Positions 49,260 through 61,931 of a DNA stretch of 64,000 nucleotides are shown in pieces. The notes below the pieces were generated by a model that was given only the letters and a program-made list of their open reading frames with translations, did no database searches and was not told the origin of the DNA. A program made the position numbers and the translations under genes. This DNA is from Bacillota bacterium (lineage in GTDB: Bacteria; Bacillota; Dehalobacteriia; UBA4068), in NCBI GenBank assembly GCA_024679955.1, contig JAILCQ010000009.1:76814-140813 (forward strand), given 5' to 3'. How positions within the stretch are numbered: position 1 is the stretch's first letter; every line of letters begins with the position of its first letter.

Positions 49260-50414
49260 TCAAAAAATCTTGGAGATGATATCCAGACCCGCCACAAAGG
49301 TGCCGATGACGCTGCCGATATTGGCCATAATGACGATGAGCAATATGCGCAAAAAACGGTTGCGGAAAAAACCTTTGATATGCAGGATATCCTCCGGGAT
49401 ATTGTTGATGTCTTTCACGGTGGGTTTGCGGATGGCGGCTTCGGTCAGGCCGGCAAACCAGCCGCAGGCCAAAAGCGGATTCAGGGAAGAGATGGGCGCC
49501 ACCAGAAGGGCGGTCAAAACGGTCAGCGGATGGCCCAAAGAGACCAGGGTGAACAGGGCGGCCAGGCTGCCGTTCCACAGAATCCAGGATTTGATTTGCT
49601 GCCAACCGATTTGCGGATTGATGAAAAAACCGTAGACGATCAAACCCACGATCAAAGCGGGGATCAGCCAGCCGATGATTTTCCCTGTAGGTTTTTTGGG
49701 GGGGATGGCGGTCAATTCCTGCAAATCATGGTCTTTGGCGATTTCTTTGCATACGCCAGGCACATGGGCCGCGCCCAAAATGGCCACCACCTTGGGGCCG
49801 GGGGCGTTTTTGATTTTTTCCGCCAGATGTTGATCCCGTTCGTTTACCAAGATGCTGCCGATTTGCGGGAATTCCTGCTTCAGATCGGCCAATGCCGACT
49901 CCAGCATATCTTTTTCCATGATTTCCTGCAAATACTCGTCGGATACTTCATCCTCGCCATTGTCGCCCAGTATGAGGTTAAACAGCAATTTGCATTTGTC
50001 GCGAAAACCGATTTTGCGCCAGATGCGCAAAAAAGTAACCTTTATGCTGCGGTCGGCCAAAACCAAATTGGCGCCGGTCTCTTCCGCGCTGATCATGCCC
50101 TGCACCATTTCCTGGCCTACCGTGGTATCCAGCTTTTCGGCGATACGTTTTTGATAGGAGCTCAGCGCCAGGTTGACCAATACGAAGGCGACTTTTTTTT
50201 CTTTAATGATTTTTACGACGTCGGTGTTTTCCCATTCCTGGGGATTTTTGATGCTGTGATATCTGGCTTCGTCCAATTCGATGCAGATGCTGTCCGGCTT
50301 TTCCGCATCGATGGTTTCCTTTACCAATTCGGCGCTTTCTTTGGAAACGTGAGCGGTGGCGATCAGGACGATCTCTTTGTTTTGATATGTCAGTCTGGTT
50401 ATTTGTTCGCTCAA
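49260..50414 (-). CDS. TraB/GumN family protein
   Basis: 384 aa with an N-terminal TraB domain (IATAHVS..ICIELDE) and C-terminal TM segments. Confidence 0.8.
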   Translation of the reverse strand: MSEQITRLTYQNKEIVLIATAHVSKESAELVKETIDAEKPDSICIELDEARYHSIKNPQEWENTDVVKIIKEKKVAFVLVNLALSSYQKRIAEKLDTTVGQEMVQGMISAEETGANLVLADRSIKVTFLRIWRKIGFRDKCKLLFNLILGDNGEDEVSDEYLQEIMEKDMLESALADLKQEFPQIGSILVNERDQHLAEKIKNAPGPKVVAILGAAHVPGVCKEIAKDHDLQELTAIPPKKPTGKIIGWLIPALIVGLIVYGFFINPQIGWQQIKSWILWNGSLAALFTLVSLGHPLTVLTALLVAPISSLNPLLACGWFAGLTEAAIRKPTVKDINNIPEDILHIKGFFRNRFLRILLIVIMANIGSVIGTFVAGLDIISKIF

Positions 50415-50535
50415 AAATACAACCCCTTATTCCATATGCTATACGGAAACAGCCGGCATAGCCTGTGACCGTCGGGAAAATGCAGACGCAGGCAAGACCG
50501 TATACCAATCTTGCCTGGGAAACGATGATCCGCTA

Positions 50536-50952
50536 TTAATAATCATATTTGCCGATGGCTTTCAATCTGGCCACGGCTCTGGCCAAGGCGGCTTCCGCCC
50601 GGGCTTTATCCAGATTGGCTTCTTGGGCTTCCAGACGCTGTTTGGCCCGTTCCAAAGCGGCTTTGGCACGGGCTTCGTCAATGTCTTCCGCCATTTCCGC
50701 GCATTGTACCAAAATAAGCGCTTCGTTGTCTTTGACTTCCATAAAGCCGTTGCCAACGGCGATTTTGCCCGTTTTATTCGTGGATTTGTATTCCAAGATG
50801 CCTGTGGTCACCACGGTGAGCAGGGGAGCATGATTCGCCAAAATGCCGGTCATGCCGCATGCCGTAGGCACGTTCAGGCTTTCTACCATGGCGCGGAACA
50901 CCTCTTTATCGGGGGTCACGATATCCACAAAGATTCTATCTCGGTCGGTCAT
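50536..50952 (-). CDS. atpC: F1 ATP synthase subunit epsilon
   Basis: 138 aa, family match. Confidence 0.95.
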   Translation of the reverse strand: MTDRDRIFVDIVTPDKEVFRAMVESLNVPTACGMTGILANHAPLLTVVTTGILEYKSTNKTGKIAVGNGFMEVKDNEALILVQCAEMAEDIDEARAKAALERAKQRLEAQEANLDKARAEAALARAVARLKAIGKYDY

Positions 50953-50969
50953 GCTATCACCTTACCCTT

Positions 50970-52397
<1,428 letters not shown>

Positions 52398-52429
52398 CTA
52401 GCGGCAACCGGGCTTTTACCGGCCCGGCA

Positions 52430-53281
52430 TCAGGTTAAAGCGGCCGCGCCGCCAACGATTTCCGATATTTCCGTGGTGATCGCCGCTTGTCTCGCCCGAT
52501 TCAGGGACAGGGTAAGTTTGCCAATCATTTCATTGGCGTTGTCGGTAGCGGCGCTCATGGCGGTCATTCTCGCCCCGTGTTCCGAGGCTTTCGCTTCCTG
52601 CAAAGCGCAGAAAACGTCGATTTCCACATATTGGGGGACCACTACGTTGAGGATGGCTTTGCCGCTGGGCTCGTAAATGAATTCCCTGCCGTCAAATTTG
52701 TTTTCCATGGCGGAGTAGTCCACCGGCAGCAATTGTTTCTGAATGGGCGCTTGACTCATGGCGCTTTTGAATTGGCTGTATACCAGGATCACCTGATCGT
52801 ATTCCCCGGCGTCATAGCCGGCGGAAATGATGCGGGCCAATTCCTGCCCTTGGGAAAAGGCCGGGTTTTCGCCGATTTCCGTAAATTTTTCCAGGACGGG
52901 ATACTGCCTCCGTATGCAGTATTCTTTGGCTTTGCGCCCCAGGACGATCAGGCAGTAAGGGCGTTTTTCCTCTTCCAGTATATGATCCAGAAAACGATGC
53001 AGATTGGCGTTGAAACCGCCGCATTGCCCGCGGTCGCTGCCGATCACCACATAGCAGACTTTATGTATTTCCGGACGGGAACACAAATAGGGATGGGTAA
53101 CGCCGCTTTTGCCGATATCGCGGATGATTCGCTCGATTTTTGCTGTAAAAGGACGCACGGCTTGCACGCTGGCCTGCGATTTGCGCAGCTTGGCTGCGGA
53201 AATCATTTTCATGGCTTTGGTGATTTGCTGTGTGCTTTGTACGCTTTTGATTCGTCTTTTAATATCCCGCGCATTTGTCAT
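52430..53281 (-). CDS. atpG: F1 ATP synthase subunit gamma
   Basis: Start at MTNARDIKRRIKSVQSTQQITKAM. Confidence 0.95.
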   Translation of the reverse strand: MTNARDIKRRIKSVQSTQQITKAMKMISAAKLRKSQASVQAVRPFTAKIERIIRDIGKSGVTHPYLCSRPEIHKVCYVVIGSDRGQCGGFNANLHRFLDHILEEEKRPYCLIVLGRKAKEYCIRRQYPVLEKFTEIGENPAFSQGQELARIISAGYDAGEYDQVILVYSQFKSAMSQAPIQKQLLPVDYSAMENKFDGREFIYEPSGKAILNVVVPQYVEIDVFCALQEAKASEHGARMTAMSAATDNANEMIGKLTLSLNRARQAAITTEISEIVGGAAALT

Positions 53282-53342
53282 GTGTTGATTCTCCCTTGTT
53301 GGCAAGGCTTAGCGCCATACCGGTTTTGGGGCAAAACCCGAA

Positions 53343-54881
<1,539 letters not shown>

Positions 54882-55418
54882 TTATTTCGCTAATTGCTGG
54901 CGCAGCGTTTGCAATTGATGCGCTACGCTGCCATCTATTACTACATCGTCGATGATGATTTTACACCCGGCGATCAAACTTTCGTCGATATGGGTAGTAA
55001 ACTGGATTTTCTTTCCCAGGCTGCGCTGGAGGGCGGCGGCCAAAGCCTCGGTCTGCTCTTTAGTCAACGGGCAGGCGCTGAACAGATCCGCCTCCTGCCA
55101 TCCTGACGCCTGTTGCTGATACTGGCGGTATAAATCCACCACGGAGGGGAATATGTTTTCCCGGTTTTTATCGATCAATACCAGCAAAAGATTCTGCGCC
55201 AAATGCGGTTCTTGTCCGGCGAAAATATCGTTGACGATGGCTTTTTTTACGCCCGCCACAATGCTTTTGCCGGTAAAAGCCAGCCGCAGATCCTCGTTTT
55301 CTTCCAGCAAGGCCATAAACTCCGCCAATTGCGCATAGGTCTCTTCTGTTTTACCGATTTCCTCCGCCGCCTCATAAACCGCTTTGGCATATCGATGGGC
55401 GCTGGCTTCGATCATCAT
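54882..55418 (-). CDS. atpH: F1 ATP synthase subunit delta
   Basis: 178 aa with the OSCP fold, in operon position. Confidence 0.9.
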   Translation of the reverse strand: MMIEASAHRYAKAVYEAAEEIGKTEETYAQLAEFMALLEENEDLRLAFTGKSIVAGVKKAIVNDIFAGQEPHLAQNLLLVLIDKNRENIFPSVVDLYRQYQQQASGWQEADLFSACPLTKEQTEALAAALQRSLGKKIQFTTHIDESLIAGCKIIIDDVVIDGSVAHQLQTLRQQLAK

Positions 55419-55900
55419 GGCAATTCTCCTACCTCTTTGATAAACTTATCCATCAACCGCTTTTGCTGATCTTCGCTAAGCCCGCCTTCCAGAACCTTTT
55501 CCGTCAACATGACGGTAAGCTCCGCCAATTGATTCTTCAATTCCGCGACGGCCTGTTCTTTTTCCTGTTCGATTTTTATGCGAGCCTGTTCGGTTAAAGC
55601 CTGGGATTGCGCTTTAGCCTCCCGGATAATTTCGTCTTTGACTTGTTCGCCCTGTTTTTGGGCGTCAGCAACGATGGCCTGGGCGTTTTTTCTGGCTTCC
55701 AGCAAATTGGCGCGAATGGTGTCGTTGGTGGCGGCCACTTCCTTACGGGCCTCTTCCGCGTCATCCAGCGCCTTGTTGATGCCGGCTTTCCGCTCATCCA
55801 GCATTTTTAAAGTAGGTTTATATAAAAATTTGGTCAAAAGAAAAACCAAAAGCGCAAAATTGAATATTGCGGCGATAATCGACGGTAATTCCAGAGTCAA
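55415..55900 (-). CDS. atpF: Fo ATP synthase subunit b
   Basis: TTG start after GGAGGAGG, an N-terminal TM segment, then a charged coiled coil. Confidence 0.85.
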   Translation of the reverse strand: MTLELPSIIAAIFNFALLVFLLTKFLYKPTLKMLDERKAGINKALDDAEEARKEVAATNDTIRANLLEARKNAQAIVADAQKQGEQVKDEIIREAKAQSQALTEQARIKIEQEKEQAVAELKNQLAELTVMLTEKVLEGGLSEDQQKRLMDKFIKEVGELP

Positions 55901-55982
55901 AGGAATAACCTCCTCCACAAAACGATTGTCCCGGGACGGCGGGCAGGCCGCCCCGGGATAGAAACAAATAGGAACCGTTTTC

Positions 55983-56207
55983 TCACATCTTGCCAAAGAT
56001 CATGAAGGCGATAAGCAAGCCGTAAATCGTCAAAGATTCCATAAAAGCAAAGGCCAAAATCATATTGGTACGGATTGTGCCGATGGCTTCGGGCTGACGC
56101 GCCATGCTCTCCAATGCTTTGGCTGCGGTGGTCCCTTGTCCGATGCCCGGGCCGATCGTGGAAACAGAAATAGCGATAGCTGCGGCGATCGCGATCAATC
56201 CTTCCAT
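55983..56207 (-). CDS. atpE: Fo ATP synthase subunit c
   Basis: 74-aa hairpin proteolipid with the conserved Glu (FMESL). Confidence 0.95.
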   Translation of the reverse strand: MEGLIAIAAAIAISVSTIGPGIGQGTTAAKALESMARQPEAIGTIRTNMILAFAFMESLTIYGLLIAFMIFGKM

Positions 56208-56288
56208 GAGGAATCCTCCTTTCCCTAGGTTCTTATTGCAATGCGTATATGAAAAATGTAAACGTTGAAACCGAAATAAAAACGGGCG

Positions 56289-56966
56289 TCAATGGCCTTC
56301 TCCGGATGCGCCGCTGATATAAATGCTGGACAGCAGCACGAACACCATGGCCTGTATAAAGCCCATCAGCAAAGTTAAGGCGTTCATCACCAAAGGCACC
56401 AAATAGGGAACCAAATGGAACAGTTGCGTCGTGACTTCTTCGTCGCCGAAAGTATTGCCGTAAAGACGAAGGGAGAGAGAAAGCGGCCGAACGAATTCGT
56501 CCATCAACAATAAGGGCAGCAAAAAGGCGAAGGGCGAAATAAAATGCTTGGCATAGCCCAGCAAACCGTTGCTGCGCACGCCCATGTAATGGGTGTAGGC
56601 AAAGGTGCATATGGCCAGGGTCGCTGTGACGGAAAGACTGGAGGTGGGGGCGGACAGACCGGGGAGTTTGCCGGCAAAGGGCAGCAGGCCGCTGTAATTG
56701 GATATGAGGATAAAGATGAACAGGGTGGCCAGATAAGGAAAACAGCGGCGGCACAAGTCCTTGCCCATGATATCGCTGATAAAATTATCCAGCATTTCCA
56801 CGGTTTTTTCCAAAACGTTCTGCAAACCGCTGGGCCGTTCCTTCATATGCCGGGTGCCCCGCCAGCATACCAAAGTCAAAAGCAGGGTGATGCCCAGCAT
56901 GGTCGTCATGATGCTGGTCACGCCGAAATTGCCGATATAAAACAAAGCGGCGCCATGTTCTTCCAT
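56289..56966 (-). CDS. atpB: Fo ATP synthase subunit a
   Basis: 225 aa with the conserved Arg in the TM4 region (LSLRLYGN). Confidence 0.95.
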   Translation of the reverse strand: MEEHGAALFYIGNFGVTSIMTTMLGITLLLTLVCWRGTRHMKERPSGLQNVLEKTVEMLDNFISDIMGKDLCRRCFPYLATLFIFILISNYSGLLPFAGKLPGLSAPTSSLSVTATLAICTFAYTHYMGVRSNGLLGYAKHFISPFAFLLPLLLMDEFVRPLSLSLRLYGNTFGDEEVTTQLFHLVPYLVPLVMNALTLLMGFIQAMVFVLLSSIYISGASGEGH

Positions 56967-56970
56967 ATCG

Positions 56971-57321
56971 CTATTTCACCCCCAGATCGTCTTCGTTGGC
57001 GTCCGTCTGTGTGGCAGCCGTACCATGGGACAGCGCTTCCTTTAAAGGGAAAAGCTTGCCGGACAAGCTCAATGCCAGCGCTGCGCCGATGATCGTGGCT
57101 GTAAAGGAATAAGGCCACACATGACGCAAAAAATAAACGGTCATCAAAACCGCCGCGTCGATCAACATGCTGATCATTATATTGCCGTATATATGCTTGG
57201 CGTCGCAGGTTCTGAGGCCTTTGGCGATAGGACGCCACAGCAATATATATTTGATAAGCCCGATCGCCCCGCCGAAAACAGCGCCGGCTGCCGCGCCGAT
57301 CCCATATGTCAATGCATTCAC
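56971..57321 (-). CDS. atpI: ATP synthase protein I (AtpI/AtpZ-like)
   Basis: 116-aa small membrane protein at the head of the atp operon. Confidence 0.7.
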   Translation of the reverse strand: MNALTYGIGAAAGAVFGGAIGLIKYILLWRPIAKGLRTCDAKHIYGNIMISMLIDAAVLMTVYFLRHVWPYSFTATIIGAALALSLSGKLFPLKEALSHGTAATQTDANEDDLGVK

Positions 57322-57662
57322 CTCATTTTTGGCTTTGCCTGTCGGAAATCAGCCCGTTTATGGAGCGGCGAGCCTCATGGACAAAGCGCCGTTGACTCGC
57401 AGGGGAGAGCCAAGACAAACAACTGCAATTCGAAAAAATATGACAATTTAATGTTCTCTGTTTTTACCCGAGTTCCTTTTTTTCATCCCATATTAATATT
57501 ATATCTTCATCGTACCGTTTTGAATGTATTGGCGGCGGGAAAAAAGCCGGCGGCAGATACGGCCGGTACGCGGGATAGGTACGGGGATAGGGAAAGGCTG
57601 CGACGGCATACGATCCGGCCGGTACAGCCTTTGCGCTTCCCGGAAAGATGGGAATCTTGGCT

Positions 57663-58790
57663 TTACGCTTCCAGCCGGCCGGCCAGAGTGGGGGCCACAT
57701 GCTCCTGCAGGATGGCGCAGATCTGTTCCGCCGCATGCCCGTCGCCGTAGGGATTGGCCGCATGGGACATGCGCCGGTATAAGGCTTCGTCTTCCAGCAG
57801 CCGGCTCAGCTTGGCATAGACGCTGTCAAAGGTCACCCCGGCCAGGTCGGCGGTGCCGGCGGCGATGGCTTCCGGCCGTTCCGTGACCTGCCGCAGCACC
57901 AATACCGGTTTGCCCAGGGCCGGGGCTTCTTCCTGCAGGCCGCCGCTGTCGGTAATGATCAGATCGCTTTTTTTCATCAGGACGGCGAAAGGCTGATAGT
58001 CCAGGGGGGCGATGATCCGCGCTTGCGGCAGATCGTCAAAGGCCGCATGGGCCTGCTGCTGCACCAGGGGATTGAGATGGGCCGGGAAAATCAATCGGCA
58101 ATCCGGTTTTTCCAGCAGCACCCGGCGTATGGCTGCAAAGATCTGCCGCATGGGCTCGCCCCAGTTTTCCCGGCGGTGACAGGTCAGGGTCAGCAGCCGC
58201 TTGCCCTGAATATCCCGGAGCCAGGGGTAATCCTCCTCCGGCATGGCGGTGACCTGCAGCAAGGCGTCGATCACCGTATTGCCGGTGATAAAGATGCGGT
58301 CTTCGGGAATATTCTCCGCTTTGAGGTGGCCGGCCGCCGTTTGCGTGGGGGCGAAGAACCAATCGGCCATGGCGTCCGTCAGCTTGCGGTTGATCTCCTC
58401 GGGAAAGGGAGCGGCTTTATCGCCGCTGCGCAAGCCGGCCTCCACATGGCCGATGGGAATGTGGCGGTAGAAGGCCGCCAAAGCCGCGGCGAAGGTGGTG
58501 GTGGTGTCCCCATGCACCAAAACCAGATCCGGCTTTTCCTTTTCCAAAACCGGGTCCATTTTTTGTAAAACGGCCTGGGTGATGGAAGAAACGGTTTGTC
58601 CGTGGCGCATCAGGTCGAAGTCGTAATCGGCCTTCAGGGAGAACAATTGCATGACCTGATCCAGCATTTGCCGGTGCTGGGCGGTGACGGCCACCACGCT
58701 GTCCATGCCGGGGGTTTTCTCCAGCGCCTGGATCAGCGGCGCCATTTTGATCGCTTCCGGCCTGGTGCCGAATACGGAAAGAATTTTCAT
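57663..58790 (-). CDS. wecB: UDP-N-acetylglucosamine 2-epimerase (non-hydrolyzing)
   Basis: MKILSVFGTRPEAIKMAPL N-terminus and GT-B-like epimerase fold. Confidence 0.95.
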   Translation of the reverse strand: MKILSVFGTRPEAIKMAPLIQALEKTPGMDSVVAVTAQHRQMLDQVMQLFSLKADYDFDLMRHGQTVSSITQAVLQKMDPVLEKEKPDLVLVHGDTTTTFAAALAAFYRHIPIGHVEAGLRSGDKAAPFPEEINRKLTDAMADWFFAPTQTAAGHLKAENIPEDRIFITGNTVIDALLQVTAMPEEDYPWLRDIQGKRLLTLTCHRRENWGEPMRQIFAAIRRVLLEKPDCRLIFPAHLNPLVQQQAHAAFDDLPQARIIAPLDYQPFAVLMKKSDLIITDSGGLQEEAPALGKPVLVLRQVTERPEAIAAGTADLAGVTFDSVYAKLSRLLEDEALYRRMSHAANPYGDGHAAEQICAILQEHVAPTLAGRLEA

Positions 58791-59251
58791 GGCTGCTCCT
58801 TTTTGAATTTTACCAGTTCCATACCGGCTTCCTTGGCCAGGCGGCAAGCCAGATCGTCAGGATAATCGCTGTCGAACACCACTTTGACGATGCCGCTGGT
58901 CACCATGGCTTTGATACAGGTGGTGCAGGGACGGGCGGTGACGTACATGGTGGCTCCCGCCAAAGGCAAGCCGTAACGGGCGGCAAAGTTGCATACGTTG
59001 GCTTCCGCATGCTGGGCCCGGCACAATTCCTGCCGCTGGCCGGAGGGGATGCCCAACTGATCCCGCAGGCAGCCGGTTTCGTCGCAATGGGGCGTGCCGG
59101 GCAGGGAACCGTTATAGCCGGTGCCCAGTATCCGTTTTTCCGGCGAAACCGCTACCGCTCCCACTTGCCGGCGGAGACAGGTGGAACGGGTCTTCACCAT
59201 ATGGGCGATGGCCATAAAGTATTCGTCCCAACTTTGGCGCATGGGAATCAC
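58787..59251 (-). CDS. dCMP/cytidine deaminase-family protein (ComEB-like)
   Basis: HAEANV...PCTTC zinc-ligand motifs, 154 aa. Confidence 0.9.
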   Translation of the reverse strand: MIPMRQSWDEYFMAIAHMVKTRSTCLRRQVGAVAVSPEKRILGTGYNGSLPGTPHCDETGCLRDQLGIPSGQRQELCRAQHAEANVCNFAARYGLPLAGATMYVTARPCTTCIKAMVTSGIVKVVFDSDYPDDLACRLAKEAGMELVKFKKEQP

Positions 59252-59694
59252 CTCCTGCAGTCATCCAATTCTTTGATCATTTCCAGCCTTTGGCTATGCC
59301 GGCCGCCGGCGAATTGGCTGTCCAGCCACACCTCCAGGATCAATTTCATTTGCTCCGGGGTCAATACCCGGGCGCCCATCACCAAAATATTGGCGTCGTT
59401 ATGTTCACGGCTGGCTTTGGCGGTAAAGGCGTCGTGGCAAAGGGCGGCGCGAATGCCGGGGATTTTGTTGGCGACGATGCTCATGCCGATGCCGGTGCCG
59501 CATATCAATATGCCTTTTTCGGCCTGCCCCTGGCTGACCGCCTGGGCTACCGCTTTGCCGTATACGGGATAATGGACGCTTTCTTCACTGAAGCAGCCCA
59601 GATCCTCCACGGTGTAGCCTTTTTCTTCCAGATAGCTTTTCAGGGTCTCTTTGGCAAAATAGCCGGCGTGATCGCTGCCTATCGCTATATTCAT
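59248..59694 (-). CDS. rpiB: ribose-5-phosphate isomerase B
   Basis: MNIAIGSDHAGY, ICGTGIG motifs. Confidence 0.95.
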   Translation of the reverse strand: MNIAIGSDHAGYFAKETLKSYLEEKGYTVEDLGCFSEESVHYPVYGKAVAQAVSQGQAEKGILICGTGIGMSIVANKIPGIRAALCHDAFTAKASREHNDANILVMGARVLTPEQMKLILEVWLDSQFAGGRHSQRLEMIKELDDCRR

Positions 59695-59867
59695 GGGTTT
59701 GCCTCCTTACATGATGGTGAATGATGGGAAATCGAATGGGGTCGCTATACCTTTCCTTTTCCTTTTTTATTCTTAAAAAACCTTCTTTTATTTTATAAGA
59801 AAAGGTGTTTTGAGGGAAAGCTATTTATAGAAAGAGGTTTTTTGCGAATGCCCGCTATGATCATGGG

Positions 59868-60794
59868 TCATAGCAGCAGCAGGTAGACCATAAGCGGGAT
59901 CGTGAACAGGGAAAGCATGGTGGAAATAAACACGCCTTTGGACGCCAGATCCAGGGATTTATGATAACGGGCGGAAAAAAGCGTGGCGTTATTGGCAACC
60001 GGCATGGCGGCAAGCAGCACGATGACCCCCAGGATCAAGCGGTCGTGGACAAAAAGGCCAAAGACCAGCCAGGTGAGATAGGGGATGGCGATGAGCCGGA
60101 TCAGGCAGAATACATAGACGCGCCAATCGCCGAAAACGCCTTTCAGCGGCAGGCCGGCCAAAGAAGCGCCCAATACCATCATGGAGCCGGGAACCATGAT
60201 CTGCCCGGTGAGGGACAGCGTTTCTTCCACCACCGCCGGAAAAGAAATATTGCACAAATAGATGATCATGGAGAGCACGGCGGCGACGACGCCGGGCGTC
60301 AAAAACAGGTGGTAATCCATTTTCACTTCGCTGTCATTGCCCACCACCAAATACAGTCCCAAGGTAAACACCATCAAAGCGCAGGGCACATTGTAAACCG
60401 AGGCATACAGCAAAGCGGTGTTGCCCAGTATCGATTGGGTGATGGGGAAGCCCATAAAGCCGGAATTGGAAAAAATGCCCATAAAGCGGTACATGCCTCT
60501 TTCCGTCTTGGGCGCTCCCAGCAAAAACGGTATAAACCAGGAAAAGGCCGTAACAAGAGCATAAAACAGAAAGGTGATCAAAAACATCATCAGGATCTGC
60601 CGGGCGCTGGTGGCATGTTCGGCATTCAGTACGGCGCTGATCACATAAGCGGGCAGGGAAATGGTAAGGATCAGCCGGGAAAGCTTGCTGTTCATTTCTG
60701 CGTCCATGATGCCCAGCTTGCCGGCGATAAAGCCCACGGCGATCAGCAGGAACAGGACGAAGATCTTGGAAAAAACTACGACGATATCCATGTG
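59868..60794 (-). CDS. AEC-family (auxin efflux carrier / malate permease-like) transporter
   Basis: About 308 aa with 10 TM segments, Mem_trans family. Confidence 0.8.
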   Translation of the reverse strand, partial: HMDIVVVFSKIFVLFLLIAVGFIAGKLGIMDAEMNSKLSRLILTISLPAYVISAVLNAEHATSARQILMMFLITFLFYALVTAFSWFIPFLLGAPKTERGMYRFMGIFSNSGFMGFPITQSILGNTALLYASVYNVPCALMVFTLGLYLVVGNDSEVKMDYHLFLTPGVVAAVLSMIIYLCNISFPAVVEETLSLTGQIMVPGSMMVLGASLAGLPLKGVFGDWRVYVFCLIRLIAIPYLTWLVFGLFVHDRLILGVIVLLAAMPVANNATLFSARYHKSLDLASKGVFISTMLSLFTIPLMVYLLLL

Positions 60795-60845
60795 TTTCCA
60801 CTTCTTTCGCAACCAAGAATAGAATATCCGATCGGGCTGTCTTAT

Positions 60846-61757
60846 TTATTCTTCCGGGTTTTGCATATCCGGGGTTTTGATATCGAATAAAGATAAAAAC
60901 AGTTTGACGCTGCGGGAAAGATATATGTTGTTGTTCCAGATCAAAGAAGGATAGGTTTTCATATCAAAGTTTTTGATGGGTTTGGAATATACGTCGGGGA
61001 TATTCAGGGTCGAGACGATGCTGCGGGGCTGATAGCTCAAACCCATTTTCAACTGCACCAGCTGCATGACGATGGAAGTATCCGTGCATTGGCAGACGAT
61101 GTTGGGGGTAAAACCGTGTCTTTCGCATTCGTTGACCAGGTATTCGTTATAGCCCCAGTGTTTGCCGCTGCGCAGGGTGCACAGGGGCAGATCTTTCAGG
61201 GCCAGGATATCGATTTCGCTTTGGTCCGGCGCAGGATCCAAATCCCGGTGCATCACCAGTTCCAACGGATCGGCCTCCAGCAGCACCGAGTGAAAGCCCC
61301 GCAAATCGCAGGTGGGTGTGCGCATGAACAGCAAATCCACCTCGTTTTTTTCCAGGGCGTCCACCAGATCCACCGGCGTTCCGTGATGGATCTTGAAATG
61401 GATCAGGGGATAATGCTGCCGGATGTAGAGCATTTTGTCGATGAAAAAGGGAACGTCGGAAAAAAATGTGCCGATGGTGATGGTGCCGCGCACGCCGGAG
61501 TCGGTTTCCCGAACCATTTCCACCATTTCGCCCACGTCTTTGAATAGTTTCGCGGATTTGTCATACAGCATTTGGCCGGCAGGGGTCAAATCTATGCCTT
61601 TGTTGCTTCTTTTAAATAGGGTAACCCCCAATTCTTCCTCCAGCAAAGTCAATTGCCGGCTGAGAGGCGGTTGGGCCATATGGAGCTTCTTGGCCGCGCC
61701 GGTGATATTGTGCTGTTCCGCCGCCGCCATAAAATAGGTCAATTGTTTTAGATTCAT
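60846..61757 (-). CDS. LysR-family transcriptional regulator
   Basis: N-terminal HTH (LKQLTYFMAAAEQHNITGAAKKLHMAQPPLSRQL) and a substrate-binding C-terminal domain. Divergent from the FAD oxidase/etf genes. Confidence 0.9.
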   Translation of the reverse strand: MNLKQLTYFMAAAEQHNITGAAKKLHMAQPPLSRQLTLLEEELGVTLFKRSNKGIDLTPAGQMLYDKSAKLFKDVGEMVEMVRETDSGVRGTITIGTFFSDVPFFIDKMLYIRQHYPLIHFKIHHGTPVDLVDALEKNEVDLLFMRTPTCDLRGFHSVLLEADPLELVMHRDLDPAPDQSEIDILALKDLPLCTLRSGKHWGYNEYLVNECERHGFTPNIVCQCTDTSIVMQLVQLKMGLSYQPRSIVSTLNIPDVYSKPIKNFDMKTYPSLIWNNNIYLSRSVKLFLSLFDIKTPDMQNPEE

Positions 61758-61931
61758 AGATTTTCGCCTTCTTGATTTTCAATATAAAAGTTATATATAT
61801 AAACAGATAAAATTGATATTTGTTATTATACCAAGTTTGTGCTAGTATAACAATAGGCTAAAATTGACAAAATAGTTTGTTAAAATTTTTTTTTGCAACG
61901 GGAAAAAATTCTATGCTGAAAGGAGCGGCTT